In this document: positions 51,801 to 64,000 of the stretch, in pieces
How the letters are laid out: every line of letters begins with the position of its first letter
Numbering within the stretch: position 1 is the first letter of the stretch
NCBI GenBank assembly: GCA_028534125.1
Contig: CM052816.1
Coordinates: 61,754,001-61,818,000, forward strand
Length of the DNA: 64,000 nt
DNA from: Lama glama
Taxonomy: Eukaryota
Direction of reading: 5' to 3'
The notes under the pieces: generated by a model
Database searches by the model: none
Told to the model about the DNA's origin: nothing
Seen by the model: only the letters and a program-made list of their open reading frames with translations
Made by a program: the position numbers and the translations under genes

Positions 51801-51939
51801 TAAAAATGATCAAACATTATAGAAATGGTATAGATTCTAATCATCTTGATTTACTGACAGTAGTCAAATATAGAGAGATTAATTCTTAAATACCAATAAC
51901 AAGATGGAAGATGAGAACAAAACATTGATTTTCTGGAGC

Positions 51940-52660
51940 ACAGATTGTTCCAGATACCCTGCTAAATACTTTAAAAAATAAGTTTGTTTGTGGAATAAAT
52001 AAAATACCATCAGGAAGGTACTTTAAGGAACAGGGTAAGAAAGGTTATATAATTTATCCAAGATCGCACAGCTAGTAAACTTCCAAGCTGGCATTTAAAT
52101 TCAGGTCTGACTCCAAATTCCATACTCAACCACTCTACTGTTTATATTCCTATGAAAAATTATAGGTGAATGTGGCAGGCACTTCTTGTTTAATTTACAG
52201 AAACTGTAATAACTTTCTGAATTTTAATTCTTCAACTAATACAGACATAATATTAGGACCATGAACTTAACATCTTCCTTGATATAAAGGAGCCAGATAA
52301 TTTTTGATCAAGAATTAGCAAAGTCCCGAAGTCACTTGTTTGGCCATGTTATTACAGTTTGAAACAGCAATAGTGCTTTATTAGAAAATACTAAAAACAT
52401 GCAAGCTAGCTCAGTTAGAGTAATTGTTGCAATACAAAACTCACAAATAAGAGAGAATGTCTTTGAAAACAAATGGAATCAAACTATTGAGTCAAGCATG
52501 ATTGGTTATTTCTGAGATCTACTTTCTAGCTATGAGATCTTGACCAAAGTTATGTCACCTTTCTGTGCCTCAGATTCTTCCCATCTAATTTGGGCATAAG
52601 AACAATATCTAGCTTTTAGGTTTAAAAATGATTAATGCTTTGTAAATGTTCAGTAAAAGT
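51940..52660. mobile_element. Two MIR fragments (about 51940-52140 minus, about 52500-52660 plus)
   Basis: 'ccaagatcgcacagctagtaa...tcaggtctgactcca'; 'tcaccttttctgtgcctcagattc'. Confidence 0.6.
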
Positions 52661-53339
52661 TAGCTTCTTTCTCTGACTTTTATTTCTACTCAGAAAAATG
52701 TCTCAAACCCAACACTTTACTTATAATAGTCAACTGAACTATTTGCACACAAAGAACAAAACATTGTTACATTTAACTTGATTATCTCCATTAATGCCAG
52801 AGAATATAAAGGATGTTAATAATCCAGTATGGCAGGTGGTAGAAAGATTATTAATGAATGTCTTTGGGAGAGGATTTTGTGACTTGCATTTATACATAGC
52901 CATCATAGATGTCTTGGGAATTTGCATCATGAAAACAGTAAGATGCTGTCTACTCTGACTTTGTTGAACCTTTTGTTCAGTACCATGGTGATGGAAAAAT
53001 TCTGATCAAACATCTCATAAAGAAACCCGAGCCAGAAAATGGCAATCAAATACCCAAATTTCATGCTACTTAAATTCCTCATGCTACTTACTTTCCACAT
53101 GCAATCTTTTCCATTACTTTGAAGGTAGGAGGTTCGTCTAGAATTGATTACTTCCTTTTTGGCACTAGGGCCACAATTCCGGTAGTGGCCACCTGCTAAA
53201 TAATGAGGGCTTTTTATTGATTCCATGGTCAATTGTCTAAGCTTTTTCCAGGTGTGGTTAAGTAAAAGAAAATAAGAATGTAGCACATTATCCAGTTGCT
53301 TAAGCTTTTAAAGTAAAAATTTAAATGTGGAACAGTAAA

Positions 53340-53754
53340 GGTCCAACTTGCTTACCAGATATTAAATAGGATTATATTGCTACAGTAATTTAGCAGTGAG
53401 GTATTGACACAGGAATAGATAGAAAAATCCATTCAAAATAATGAAATTGACTCAAAATATACATAAGACTCTATAATAAAGGATATTTTTAGTATCAGTG
53501 AGGGAAACACAGGATTATTCAATTGTGGTGATTAGTAATTTTCAAAAAGTTATAACATTAACCTAATCTACCAAATCAATTCCAGATGATTACAGATATA
53601 AAATAAAAATAAAACCATAAAAATAATTAGAGAAAGGTATAACTTGGTATTTATATAATCCCAGGATTACAAAGACCTAAAGAATGACAATGGACAGAAA
53701 ATATGAAGAAAAGACTGGCAGAGGTGGCAATGCAAATTTAAAACTCTATGTTGA
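53340..53754 (+). mobile_element. Old L1 ORF2 fragment (host of the next insertion; continues about 55700-56460)
   Basis: 'gctacagtaattt..gtgaggtattgacacaggaatagat', 'aaatcaattccagatgattacagat'. Confidence 0.6.
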
Positions 53755-55686
53755 TGATACTATATATAGAAAACTCTAAAAGCTCCACAAAAAATTACTA
53801 GAGCTAATAAAAGAATTCAGCAAGGTAGCAGGATATAAGATTAACATACAAAAATCAGTTGCATTTCTTTACACTAACAGTGAATCAACAGGAAAATAAA
53901 GTAAAGAAACAATCCATTTTAAAATTGCATCCAAAACAATAAAATACTTAGGAGTAAAACTGATCAAGGAGGTAAAGACTTACACATGGAGAACTATAAA
54001 ACATTGATTAAGGAAGACTTCAAGAAATGGAAAGATATCCCATGTGATTCCTATCAAATCACCCAGGACATTTTTCACAGAACTGGAACAAGTGATCCTG
54101 AGATTTTATATGGAATCACAAAAGACCCAGAATTGCCAAAGCAATATTGAAGAAAAAGAGCGAAGCTGGAGGAATAACCCTCCTAGACTTCAGACTATAC
54201 TACAGAGCTACAGTAATCAAAACATTGCGATATTAACATAAAAACAGACATATGGATCAATGGAAAAGAATAGAGAGCCCAGAAATAAACCCACAGACCT
54301 ATGGTCAATTAATCTTTGACAAAGGAGGCAAGCATATACAATGGAGAAAAGACAGTCTCTTCAGCAAGTGTTGTTGGGAAAACTGGACAGCCACATGTAA
54401 ATCAATGAACTTAGAACACTCCCTCACTCCATACACAAAAATAATCTTGAAATGGCTTAAAGACTTAAATATAAGACAAGACACAATAAATCTCCTAGAA
54501 GAAAACATAGGCAAAACATTCTCTGACATAAATCTTAGCAATGTTCTTCTAGAGCAGTCTACCCAGTAAATGAAAATAAGAGCAAAAATAAAATACGACC
54601 TAATTAAACTCATAAGCTTTTGCACAGCAAAGGAAACCATAAGCAAAACAAAACTACAACCTATGGAAGGGAGAAAATATTTGCAAATGATGTGACTGAC
54701 AAAGGCATAATTTCCAGAATATATAAACAGCTTATACAACTTAATGATAAAAAACAAACAACCCAAGCCAAAAATGGTTAGAAGACCTAAAGAAGCATTT
54801 CTCTAATGAAGACATATGGAAAGCCAATAGACATATGACAAAATGCTCAATATCACTAATTATCAGAGAAATGCAAATCAAAACTACAATGACGTATTAC
54901 CTCATACCAGTCAGCATGACCATCATTCAAAAGTCCACGAATGATAAATGCTAGAGAGGATGTGGAGGAAAGGAAACCCTCCTACACTGTTGGTGGAATG
55001 TAGTTTGGTGCAGCCATATGGAAAACAGTATGGAGATTCCTCAAAAAACTAAAAATAGACTTACCATATGATCCAACAATCCCACTTCTGGGTATATTTC
55101 TGGAGGGAACTCTAAAGCAAAAAGATACATGCACCCCAATGTCCATAGCAGCACTATATACAATAGCCAAGACATGGAACCAACCTAAATGTTCATCAAC
55201 AGATGACTGGATAAAGAAGTTGTCGTATATTTATAAAATGGAATACTACTCTGCCATAAAAAAGAATAAAATGATGTCATTTGCAGCAACATGGATGGAC
55301 AGATCATTACTCTGAGTGAAGTGAGCCAGAAAGAGAAAGAAAAATAGCATATGCTATCACTCATATGTGGAATCTAAAAAAAAAAAAAAAAAGACACTAT
55401 GAACTCTACAAACAGAAACAGACTCAGACTTAGTAAACACTCTTATGGTTACTGGGGAGAGGCGCTGGGAGGGGATAAATTTGGGAGTTTGAGATTTACA
55501 GATGTTAGCCACTATATATAGAAATAGATTTTTAAAAAGTTTCTTTTGTATAGCACAGGGAACTATGTTCATTATCTTGTAATAGCCTTTAATGGAAAAA
55601 ATGAAAATGAATATATGTATGTATATGACTGGGACATTGTGCTGTACACCAGAGATTGTAATTGACTGTACTTCAGTTAAAAAAAC
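53755..55686 (+). mobile_element. Younger 5'-truncated camelid-type L1 (ORF2 3' half + 3'UTR), antisense to CWC27
   Basis: Frameshifted ORF2 peptides ([27 protein letters not shown]...); 3'UTR 'gggataaatttgggagtttgagattt'; imperfect TSD AAAACTCTATGTTGA 53740-53754 / AAAACTATACGTTGA 55687-55701. Confidence 0.92.
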
Positions 55687-56090
55687 AAAACTATACGTTG
55701 AAATAAAAAAACAAAAACTTCCATAAATGAATTGTAAAAATATTTAAAACAAATAATATCCTTAATATTTAATAGCTTTTTGTATGGCAATAAGGAATAT
55801 ATAATCATATTAGACTATACAATTAACCACCATCACTAAAACAATAATGAAATGTAAATAGCCAATTAATATATTTAGAAAGTTCAACTTTACTAGTAAA
55901 CAAAGAAAAAATATTGCAAAGTAGAAGCTGACAAAGATTAATATGTGTTATTTGGGATATACTTTAACACATACATACATAATTCTTAGAATAAGGAGAA
56001 TCCAGCAACTTCATACATTGCTGGTACAGGTATAAATGATTCAACTTTCTGGCATGCACTCTGGCAAAAATGTCATAAGAGGCATACCTG

Positions 56091-56294
56091 AGTTGACAAA
56101 TCAGACTGGTTTGGGGAGGGGATAGGTTGGAAAGAGGCATGAGGGAACTTCCCGGGGTGATATAAATATTCTGTATCTTGTTTTGGTGGTGTTTACATGG
56201 GTGTATGTACAATTATCAAAACTCATCAGAGTGAACAGAAAAGAACTTCATTTTTGGATCTATAAATTATACCTCAATTTGAAAAAAAAAAAAA
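56091..56294 (+). mobile_element. Short L1 3' end (L1MB/MC-like) with polyA
   Basis: 'aaatattctgtatcttgttttggtggtg..tacatgggtgtat..aaattatacctcaat' + A13; TSD GCATACCTG 56082-56090 / 56295-56303. Confidence 0.75.
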
Positions 56295-56455
56295 GCATAC
56301 CTGGCTCAGCAGTTTTAAATCCATTAGCCTAAGGAAATAATAGTGAATTTATAAAATATTTAACTCCTGGATTATTCACTGATGAAGGCTGATAATGAAA
56401 AGCTGTATGAATTTTTCCATTCTTGGGAAAAGTGTATATGAGGACAGACAAAAGC

Positions 56456-56515
56456 ATCAATGATTATCTGTGGGATATGAGAATAAAGTGATCTTTTCTT
56501 TCCTTGTTCAATGTT

Positions 56516-56547
<32 letters not shown>

Positions 56548-56649
56548 ATAACATGTATTATAAACACAAATTAGGTTATTTGAAAAATAATCAATGATTA
56601 TCTGTGGGATATGAGAATAAAGTGATCTTTTCTTTCCTTGTTCAATGTT

Positions 56650-56681
<32 letters not shown>

Positions 56682-56726
56682 ATAACATGTATTATAAACA
56701 CAAATTAGGTTATTTGAAAAAAATCA
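56456..56726. repeat. Near-perfect 134-bp tandem duplication containing (TA)n
   Basis: 56456-56589 is repeated at 56590-56722, differing only in the junction A-run. Confidence 0.95.
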
Positions 56727-57589
56727 GTATGACAACTAGCGTTAATTCCATCTAATAACTATGACATAAAGAAAAAAATGTTTAAAACTGTGTTTAAAGA
56801 AATACAAACAAAACTATGTACAATTTATGCATCTTCTTTCATTCAGTTTCACCTGGAATCTTACTACTATGGTTCTTCTATCCTGGTTTATGCATTATTT
56901 AACTTAAGGTATGGTTAAAGTATCAGAATGCTTGTTGAGAATTTCTTGATTGCTGGCATATGATGGCAACTTTCATTCTTTCATTTTGTACTGGCTTGGT
57001 AGATATCTGTAACTACCATTGTGAAATGACTTTTTTTTTTTTTTGACTACATTGTGCTAATCCCAAGGACCTTTGCTTGCTCCTTAGACTTTCTTTTCAA
57101 GAAATAAACTAGAAATAAACTACTTCTGCCTACACAGTTTTCTGTTTCAAAATGCTGTGAGCTAAAAAAAAAAAAATTTCTGAAGAAGGTCCACAATCTA
57201 TGACTGTACATTCCCAGCATAAAAAGTTAATCTTCTCTACTCCCCTTCTCTTTCTCTAAAATGCTAAATTTACATTCGCTAAACTCTGCCAGCCTCAGCA
57301 TTTTATAATCTGGATTCAGCTAAAGAATCTGCTTTACTATACTTTTCTCAACAGAATTTAAAATAGAACCATCAACACTATTAGCAAATTTAATAAATGT
57401 ATCTTCATTCCTTCTAGGTCACAGATAACATAAGTAAACATTTGCCTTTTCTTTATATACTATATTTTCTTTGATGTTATTATGAGAGAACTATATAACT
57501 AACATTTTGCTTGTGCTGCTTAAGTAATTTGTCAGACTTTACCAGTACTACCCCAGTACCATGTACCCTCCTCCCTCTCTCTCACCTAA

Positions 57590-58200
57590 TATTTCCTGAG
57601 CATCTCCTAAGAGTGAGACACTGTGTTGACTACTTTACATGAATTATCTCATTTAATTCTAATAATAACTCTGAGGTAGATGTTGTTATCTCCATTTTAC
57701 AGGTGAAGAAATGGAGGCTTCAAGAGAGGCTGCTTGCTCAGGTCATTCAGCAGTCATTGTCAGAGAAGGGATTTGAATCAGGCAGTGTGATTTAACAGCA
57801 CATTGTGTAATTAGGAGATAATTCAATATGTGGGATTACAGAGAGTCTCCATGATGGTACATTTCTTTAAAGGAATGTGGAATGTATTCCAAAGATGAGA
57901 ATGGGTGATACACACTGTAACCAGCACCAGAAGACAGAAAGTATTATTTAGAAATCAAAAGTCTCTGAAAGTCAAGTTGATTTTTTTTCTTATCCTACTA
58001 ATTATTACTTCATGTTGAAGCCACTCTTGGTAGAAGCTTGTGTTCTTAGAAGCTCATGTTCTAGAAGTAGCATGGGCTCTGAAGTGTGATTGACAGCTTC
58101 ACCATATATTACTGTGTGATATGGAACAAATAATTTTTTTGAGCCTCAGTTTCCTCATTTATAGGATGAAAATAATGCTAATTATCTAATGGAATTGCAA
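57590..58200. mobile_element. Two MIR fragments (about 57590-57790 minus, about 58070-58200 plus)
   Basis: 'ctccattttacaggtgaagaaatggaggct'; 'gagcctcagtttcctcatttataggatg'. Confidence 0.7.
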
Positions 58201-58619
58201 GAAATAAATCCACCACAGTTGGTCCCTAACCCTATGAGTCTTATGAGGCTCTGATGAGAGTTGAATAAGAGAAGCTGGCATAAAAGATGACAGGGTGCCT
58301 GAAATATAGCACATGCAAATACCTGTTTCAAGAATGAATTAGTGGGATCGAGAGCCACCTTAATCTCCTACTACTGGTAGAACAGCAAAAGTGAAAAAGC
58401 ATATAAAGAATGTTTATTTACTTTAAAGTTAAGTATAAGTGATTTTGATTGTCAGTTATTTTGTATAATTTTACTAATTAATCTGAAAAACTGATAATTG
58501 GGTAAAAATATACTTAATAAGTGGTTTTAAAAGGAATGAAGAGATTTCACATTAAAGTAACTCTGAAGACATGCCAAAACAAAAAGTCTGTGAAAATATA
58601 AATATTCCTTAAGCAAAAA

Positions 58620-59324
58620 ACATGAATCCACACACACATACCCTTCATGAAAATTAAATCAAAATTGATCATGGACCTAAATGTAAAATGCAAATGTATA
58701 AAACTCCTAAGAGAAAACCTCCATGACCTTGGATATGGTGATGACTTTTTATATACAACTTAAAGGGTGTGATCTACAAACAAAATAATGAATAAGCTGG
58801 ACTTCATTAAAAAAAAAAAAACAACCAAAACCCAAAACAAAACAAAACAAAACAAAACCTTCTGCCCTGTGTAAAACAATGAATGTCAAGAGAATCAGAA
58901 TACAAGCTACCAATTGGGAGAAAGTATTTGCAGAAGACATGTCTGATAGAGGACTTTTATTCAAAATACACAGAGAACTCTAAAAACAACAATAAGAAAA
59001 GGAACAGCCTAATTAAAAAGTGGGCAAAAACCGCTGTAGATACCTCATCAAAGTAGATATACAGACAGCAAATAGAATGTGAAGAGATGATCAACATCAT
59101 AGGTAATTAGGGCATTGCAAATTAAAGCAACAATGAGATACCACTCCACACATATTAGAATGCCCCAGATCCAAAACATGACAACACCAAATGCTGGTGA
59201 GGATGCAGAGCATCAGGAACTCTCATTCATTGCTAGTGGGAATACAAAATGGTACAGCTACTCTGGAAGAGTTTGCCACTTTCTTACAAAACTAAAATAC
59301 CATATAATACAACAATCATGGTCC
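58620..59324 (+). mobile_element. Older L1 ORF2 3' fragment (L1MB/MC-like)
   Basis: 'ggacctaaatgtaaaatgc..', 'gggagaaagtatttgcagaagacatgtctgata', 'gcaaattaaagcaacaatgagatacc'. Confidence 0.8.
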
Positions 59325-62300
59325 ATGACATGAAAAAGGGGGTGATAAAAGCACTGAAGGAAATAAGAGAGACTATGAATAGAGATGCAGAATACTTTAA
59401 AAAGGAGCCAAATAAAAACAGAAAACTCAATGGCAGAGGTAAGAGCCAAGATAAAGGCAGTCAAAAGCAGACTAGACAATGCAGAGGAATGAGTAATTGA
59501 CTTAGAAGACAGGATAACAGAAGTCACCCAATCAGAACATCAGACAGAAAAGCAAGTAAAAACCAGTGAAAGCAATATAAGAGACCCATGGAATAATAAA
59601 AAGCATGCCAACCTACGCATAATAGGGGTTCTAGAAGAAGAGAAAATTTAATGGATTGAAAAGGAATTTCAAGAAATTATGTCTGAAAACTTCCCAAACA
59701 TAAAGAAGGAAACAGATATACAAATACAGGGGAACACAGAGGGTCCCAAACAAGGAGAAACCAAACACCAGGACATATAATTAAGATGGCCAAAGTTAAA
59801 GATAAAGAAATGATTCTAAAGGCAGCAAGAGAAAAACAAAGGGTTAATTATAAGGGAACCCCAATAAGGCTTTCAGCTGATTTCTCTACACAGACACTGC
59901 TGGCCAGAAGGGAGTTGCAAGGTATATTCAAAGTCCTTGGCCATCATTAAAAAGTCTACAAACAATAAATGCTGGAGAGAGTGTGGAGAAAAGGGAACCC
60001 TCCTACCTTGCTGGTGAGAATGTAGTTTGGTGCAGCCATATGGAAAACAGTATGGAGATTCCTCAAAAAACTAAAAATAGACTTACCATATGATCCAGCA
60101 ATCCCACTCCTGGGCATATATCTGGAGGGAACTCTAATTCAAAAAGATACATGCACCCCAATGTTCACAGCAGCATTATATACAATAGCTAAGATATGGT
60201 AGCAACCTAAATGTCCATCGACAGATGACTGGATAAAGAAGTTGTGGTACATTTANNNNNNNNNNNNNNNNNNNNNNNNNNNNNNNNNNNNNNNNNNNNN
60301 NNNNNNNNNNNNNNNNNNNNNNNNNNNNNNNNNNNNNNNNNNNNNNNNNNNNNNNNNNNNNNNNNNNNNNNNNNNNNNNNNNNNNNNNNNNNNNNNNNNN
60401 NNNNNNNNNNNNNNNNNNNNNNNNNNNNNNNNNNNNNNNNNNNNNNNNNNNNNNNNNNNNNNNNNNNNNNNNNNNNNNNNNNNNNNNNNNNNNNNNNNNN
60501 NNNNNNNNNNNNNNNNNNNNNNNNNNNNNNNNNNNNNNNNNNNNNNNNNNNNNNNNNNNNNNNNNNNNNNNNNNNNNNNNNNNNNNNNNNNNNNNNNNNN
60601 NNNNNNNNNNNNNNNNNNNNNNNNNNNNNNNNNNNNNNNNNNNNNNNNNNNNNNNNNNNNNNNNNNNNNNNNNNNNNNNNNNNNNNNNNNNNNNNNNNNN
60701 NNNNNNNNNNNNNNNNNNNNNNNNNNNNNNNNNNNNNNNNNNNNNNNNNNNNNNNGGTATAGCAGTACTGATTTCAGACAAAACACACTTTAAAACAAAG
60801 GCCATAAAGAAAGATAAAGAAGGACATTTTATAATGATTAAAGGAGTAATACAAGATGAAGATATTACACTCATTAATATATATGCACCCAACATAGGAG
60901 CACCTAACTGTATTAAACAGTTACTAACAGAGATTAAAGGGAGAAATTGATGGGAATACAATCCTTGTTGGAGATTTTAACACCACATTAACATCACTAG
61001 ACAGATCTTCCAGACAGAAAATAAGTAAGACAACAGAGAAATTAAATGATACAATAGAAAAATTAGATTTGGTGGATGTTTTCAGAGCATTACACCTCCC
61101 CAAAATAGGATATACATTCTTTTCAAGTGCACATGGAACAGTTTCTAGGATTGTACTTGGGCACAAAGGAAGCATCAAGAATTTTAAGAAGGTAGAAATC
61201 ATCTCAAGCATCTTTACTGACCACAATGCTATGAAACTAGAAATCAACTACAGAGAAACAAAGGGGAAAAAAAGGGAAACATGGAGATTAAACAACATGC
61301 TACTAAAAAACAAGGGGTCAATGATGAAGTCAAACTTGAAATTAAAAAATACCTTGAGACAAATGAAAATGAAAACACAACCACACAAAATTTATGGGAC
61401 ACAGCAAAGGCAGTACTAAGAGGGAAGTTTTTTAGCGATAACAGGCCTTCCCCAGAAAAGAACAATCTCAAATAAACAATCTAATCCACCAGCTAAAAGA
61501 ATTAGAAAAAAGAGCAAAACCCCCCAAAAGTCAGCAGAAAGAAGGAAATAATAAGGATCAGGGAGGAAATAAATAAAATAAAGATTAAAAAAATCAGTCA
61601 ACCAAGAGCTGGATTTTGAAAGAGTAAACAAAATTGACAAACCTCTGGCCAAGCTCATGAAGAAGAGAAAAGAGAAAGCACAAAGAAGCAAAATAAGAAA
61701 GGAAAATTCAGAAATTACAGCCAATACCACAGAAATACAAAATATCATACAAGAATACTACGAGCAACTATAGGAAACAAAATGGACAACCTAGAAGAAA
61801 TGGAAAAGTTTCTGGAAACATACAGTCCACCAAGACTGAATCAAGAAGAAACTGAACACTTGAACAAACCGATGACTAGAAATGAAATCTAATTAGCAAC
61901 AAAAAACTTCCCTACAAATACAAGTCCAGGACCAGATGGCTTCACTGGGGAATTCTACCAAACACACAAAGAAGAACTCATACCGGTCCTTCTCAAACTC
62001 TTTCAGAAGATTGAAAAGGAGAGAATACTCCCAAACTCATTCTATGAAGCCACCATCACCCTGATACCAAAAGCAGGCAAAACACTACCAAAAAATAGAA
62101 TTACAGACCAGTATCACTGATGAACTTGGATGCAAAAATCCTTACCAAAATATTAGCAAATAGAATCCAACAGCTCATAAAAAAGGTTATACAACATGAT
62201 CAAGTGGGGTTCATCCCAGGGACACAAGGGTGGTTCAACGTACACAAATCAATCAGTGTAATACATCACATCAACAAGAGAAAGGACAAAAACCACATGA

Positions 62301-64000
62301 TCATCTCAACAGATGCAGAAAAAGCATTTGATAAAATTCAACACACATTTATGATAAAACTCTCACCAAAGTGGGTACAGAGGGAACATATCTCAACATA
62401 ATAAAAGCTATATATGACAAACCTACAGCCAGCGTAGTACTCAACAGTGAAAAACTCAAAAACTTCCCACTAAAAGCTGGGACAAGACAAGGCTGTCCAC
62501 TCTCACCACTCCTATTCAACATAGTCTTGGAAGTCTGAACCACAGCAATCAGGCAAGAGAAAGAAATAAAAGGGATCCAAATTGGAAAAGAGGTAAAAGT
62601 GTCACTATATGCAGATCACATGATACTATATATAGAAAACCCTAAAAGGTCCACACAAAAACTACTAGAACTAATTGAAGAATTCAGCAAGGTAGCAGGT
62701 TACAAGATTAATGTACCAAAATCAGTTGCATTTTTTTACACTAATGATGAATCAACACAAAAAGAAAGTAAAGAAACAGTCCCTTTTAAAATAGCACCCA
62801 AAGTAATAAAATACCTAGGAATAAATCTAACCAAGGAGGTGAAAGACTTTATACATTAAGAACTACAAAACATTGATTAAGGAAATTAAAGACTTTAAAA
62901 AATGGAAAGATATCCCGTGCTCCTGGATTGGAAGAATCAATATTGTTAAAATGGTCACACTGCCCAAGGCAATCTACAGATTGAATACAATCCCTATCAA
63001 ATTACCCAGGACATACTTCACAGAACTAGAACAAATCATAATAAAATTTATATGGAATCACAAAAGACCCAGAATTGCCAAAGTATTACTGAAGAAAAAG
63101 AAAGAGGTTGGAGAAATAACCCTCCCAGACTTCAGACAATACTATAGAGCTACAGTAATCAACACAGCATGGTATTGGTACAAAAACAGACATATGGACC
63201 AATGGAACAGAATAGAGAGCCCAGAAATGAACCCACAAACTTTTGGTCAGCTAATCTTCGACAAAGAAGGCAAGATATACAATGGAATAAAGACAGTCTC
63301 TTTAGCAAATGGTGTTGGGAAAAGTGGACAACAGCATGTAAATCAGTGAAGCTAGAACACTCCCTCACATCATACACAAAAATAAACTCAAAATGGATCA
63401 AAGACTTAAACATAAGATACAATAAACCTTCTAGAAGAAAACATAGGCAAAACATTATCTCACATACATCTCAGCAATGTTCTCCTAGGGCAGTCCACCC
63501 AAGCAATAGAAATAAAAGCAAGAATAAACAAATGGGACCTAATTAAACTTACAAGCGTCTGCACAGCAAAGGAAACCATAAGCAAGACAAAACGACAACC
63601 TATGGAATGGGAGAAAATTTTTGTATAAGATGAAAGTGACAAAGGCTTGATCTCCAGAATATATAAGCTGAAGCTCATATGACTTAGTAAGAAAAAAACA
63701 AAGAACTCAATCCAAAAATAGGCAGAAGACCTAAACAAGCAATTCTCCAGTGAAGACATACATGATCAATAGGCACATGAAAAAATGCTCAATATCACTA
63801 ATTATCAGAGAAAGGCAAATCAAAACTACAATGAGGTATCACCTCACACCAGTCAGAATGGCCATCATTCGAAAGTCCACAAATGTCAAATGCTGGAGAG
63901 GCTGTGGAGAAAAGGGAACCCTCCTTCACTGCTGGTGGGAATGCAGTTTGGTGCAGCCACTGTGGAAAACAGTATGGAGATTCCTCCAAAGACTGGGAAT
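59325..64000 (+). mobile_element. Large degenerate camelid-type L1 (ORF1 part, gap, ORF2 endonuclease-RT-C-terminus), runs off the window
   Basis: ORF1-like 59325-59937 ('gggaaccccaataaggctttcagctgatttctc'); EN ('atatatgcacccaacataggagcacc'); RT ([37 protein letters not shown]); many frameshifts and stops, so inactive. Confidence 0.92.
60256..60755. other. Assembly gap (exactly 500 N)
   Basis: Run of N of round-number length. Confidence 1.

Larger units (their letters stand above)
38280..64000 (-). other. CWC27: Last intron of CWC27 (3' part; the upstream exon was not found in the window)
   Basis: Acceptor at 38280; no further CWC27-like coding sequence recognised; repeat-dominated. Confidence 0.8.

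Noticed and set aside
52780..53075. Protein-looking short plus-strand frames (e.g. YHGDGKILIKHLIKKPEPENGNQIPKFHAT)
   Set aside because: No recognisable parent gene, polyA or TSD, so a pseudogene call needs a tblastx search.
60176..60961. Long ORFs full of X
   Set aside because: Artefacts of the N gap.
60756..64000. Endonuclease/reverse-transcriptase ORFs as a novel RT system or active L1
   Set aside because: Ordinary L1 ORF2 broken by many frameshifts and stops, with the catalytic motif reading YADH.
1..64000. CRISPR array or prokaryotic defence system
   Set aside because: No regularly spaced repeat-spacer array and no operon-like coding density; the sequence is mammalian.

Overview
Mammalian genomic DNA, most likely camelid (alpaca/llama/camel), judged from two tRNA-Ala-derived Vic-1-type SINEs and camelid-type L1 3' ends. 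The only protein-coding sequence I can support is the terminal exon of CWC27 (spliceosomal cyclophilin) on the minus strand: CDS 38279->38117, with a 3'UTR to about 37860. The ORF track misses it because it is under 60 aa. Everything to its right (38280-64000) is the long last intron, rich in L1/L2/MIR/MaLR/DNA-transposon fossils, and it ends in a large degenerate L1 interrupted by a 500-N assembly gap. Everything to its left is 3'-flanking/intergenic sequence (towards ADAMTS6 if human synteny holds). I see no prokaryotic-style system and no CRISPR array. The best unexplained signals are an orphan CpG-island promoter at about 21.8-22.3 kb (CRE, GC box, CTCF-like and NRF1 motifs), plus-strand exon-like segments with consensus splice sites suggesting an unannotated spliced ncRNA convergent on CWC27, a TEAD/AP-1/ARE motif cluster at 15.6-15.9 kb, a second polyA signal in the CWC27 3'UTR, and several informative retrotransposon structures. 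Repeat subfamily names come from recalled consensus sequences and repeat boundaries are approximate.
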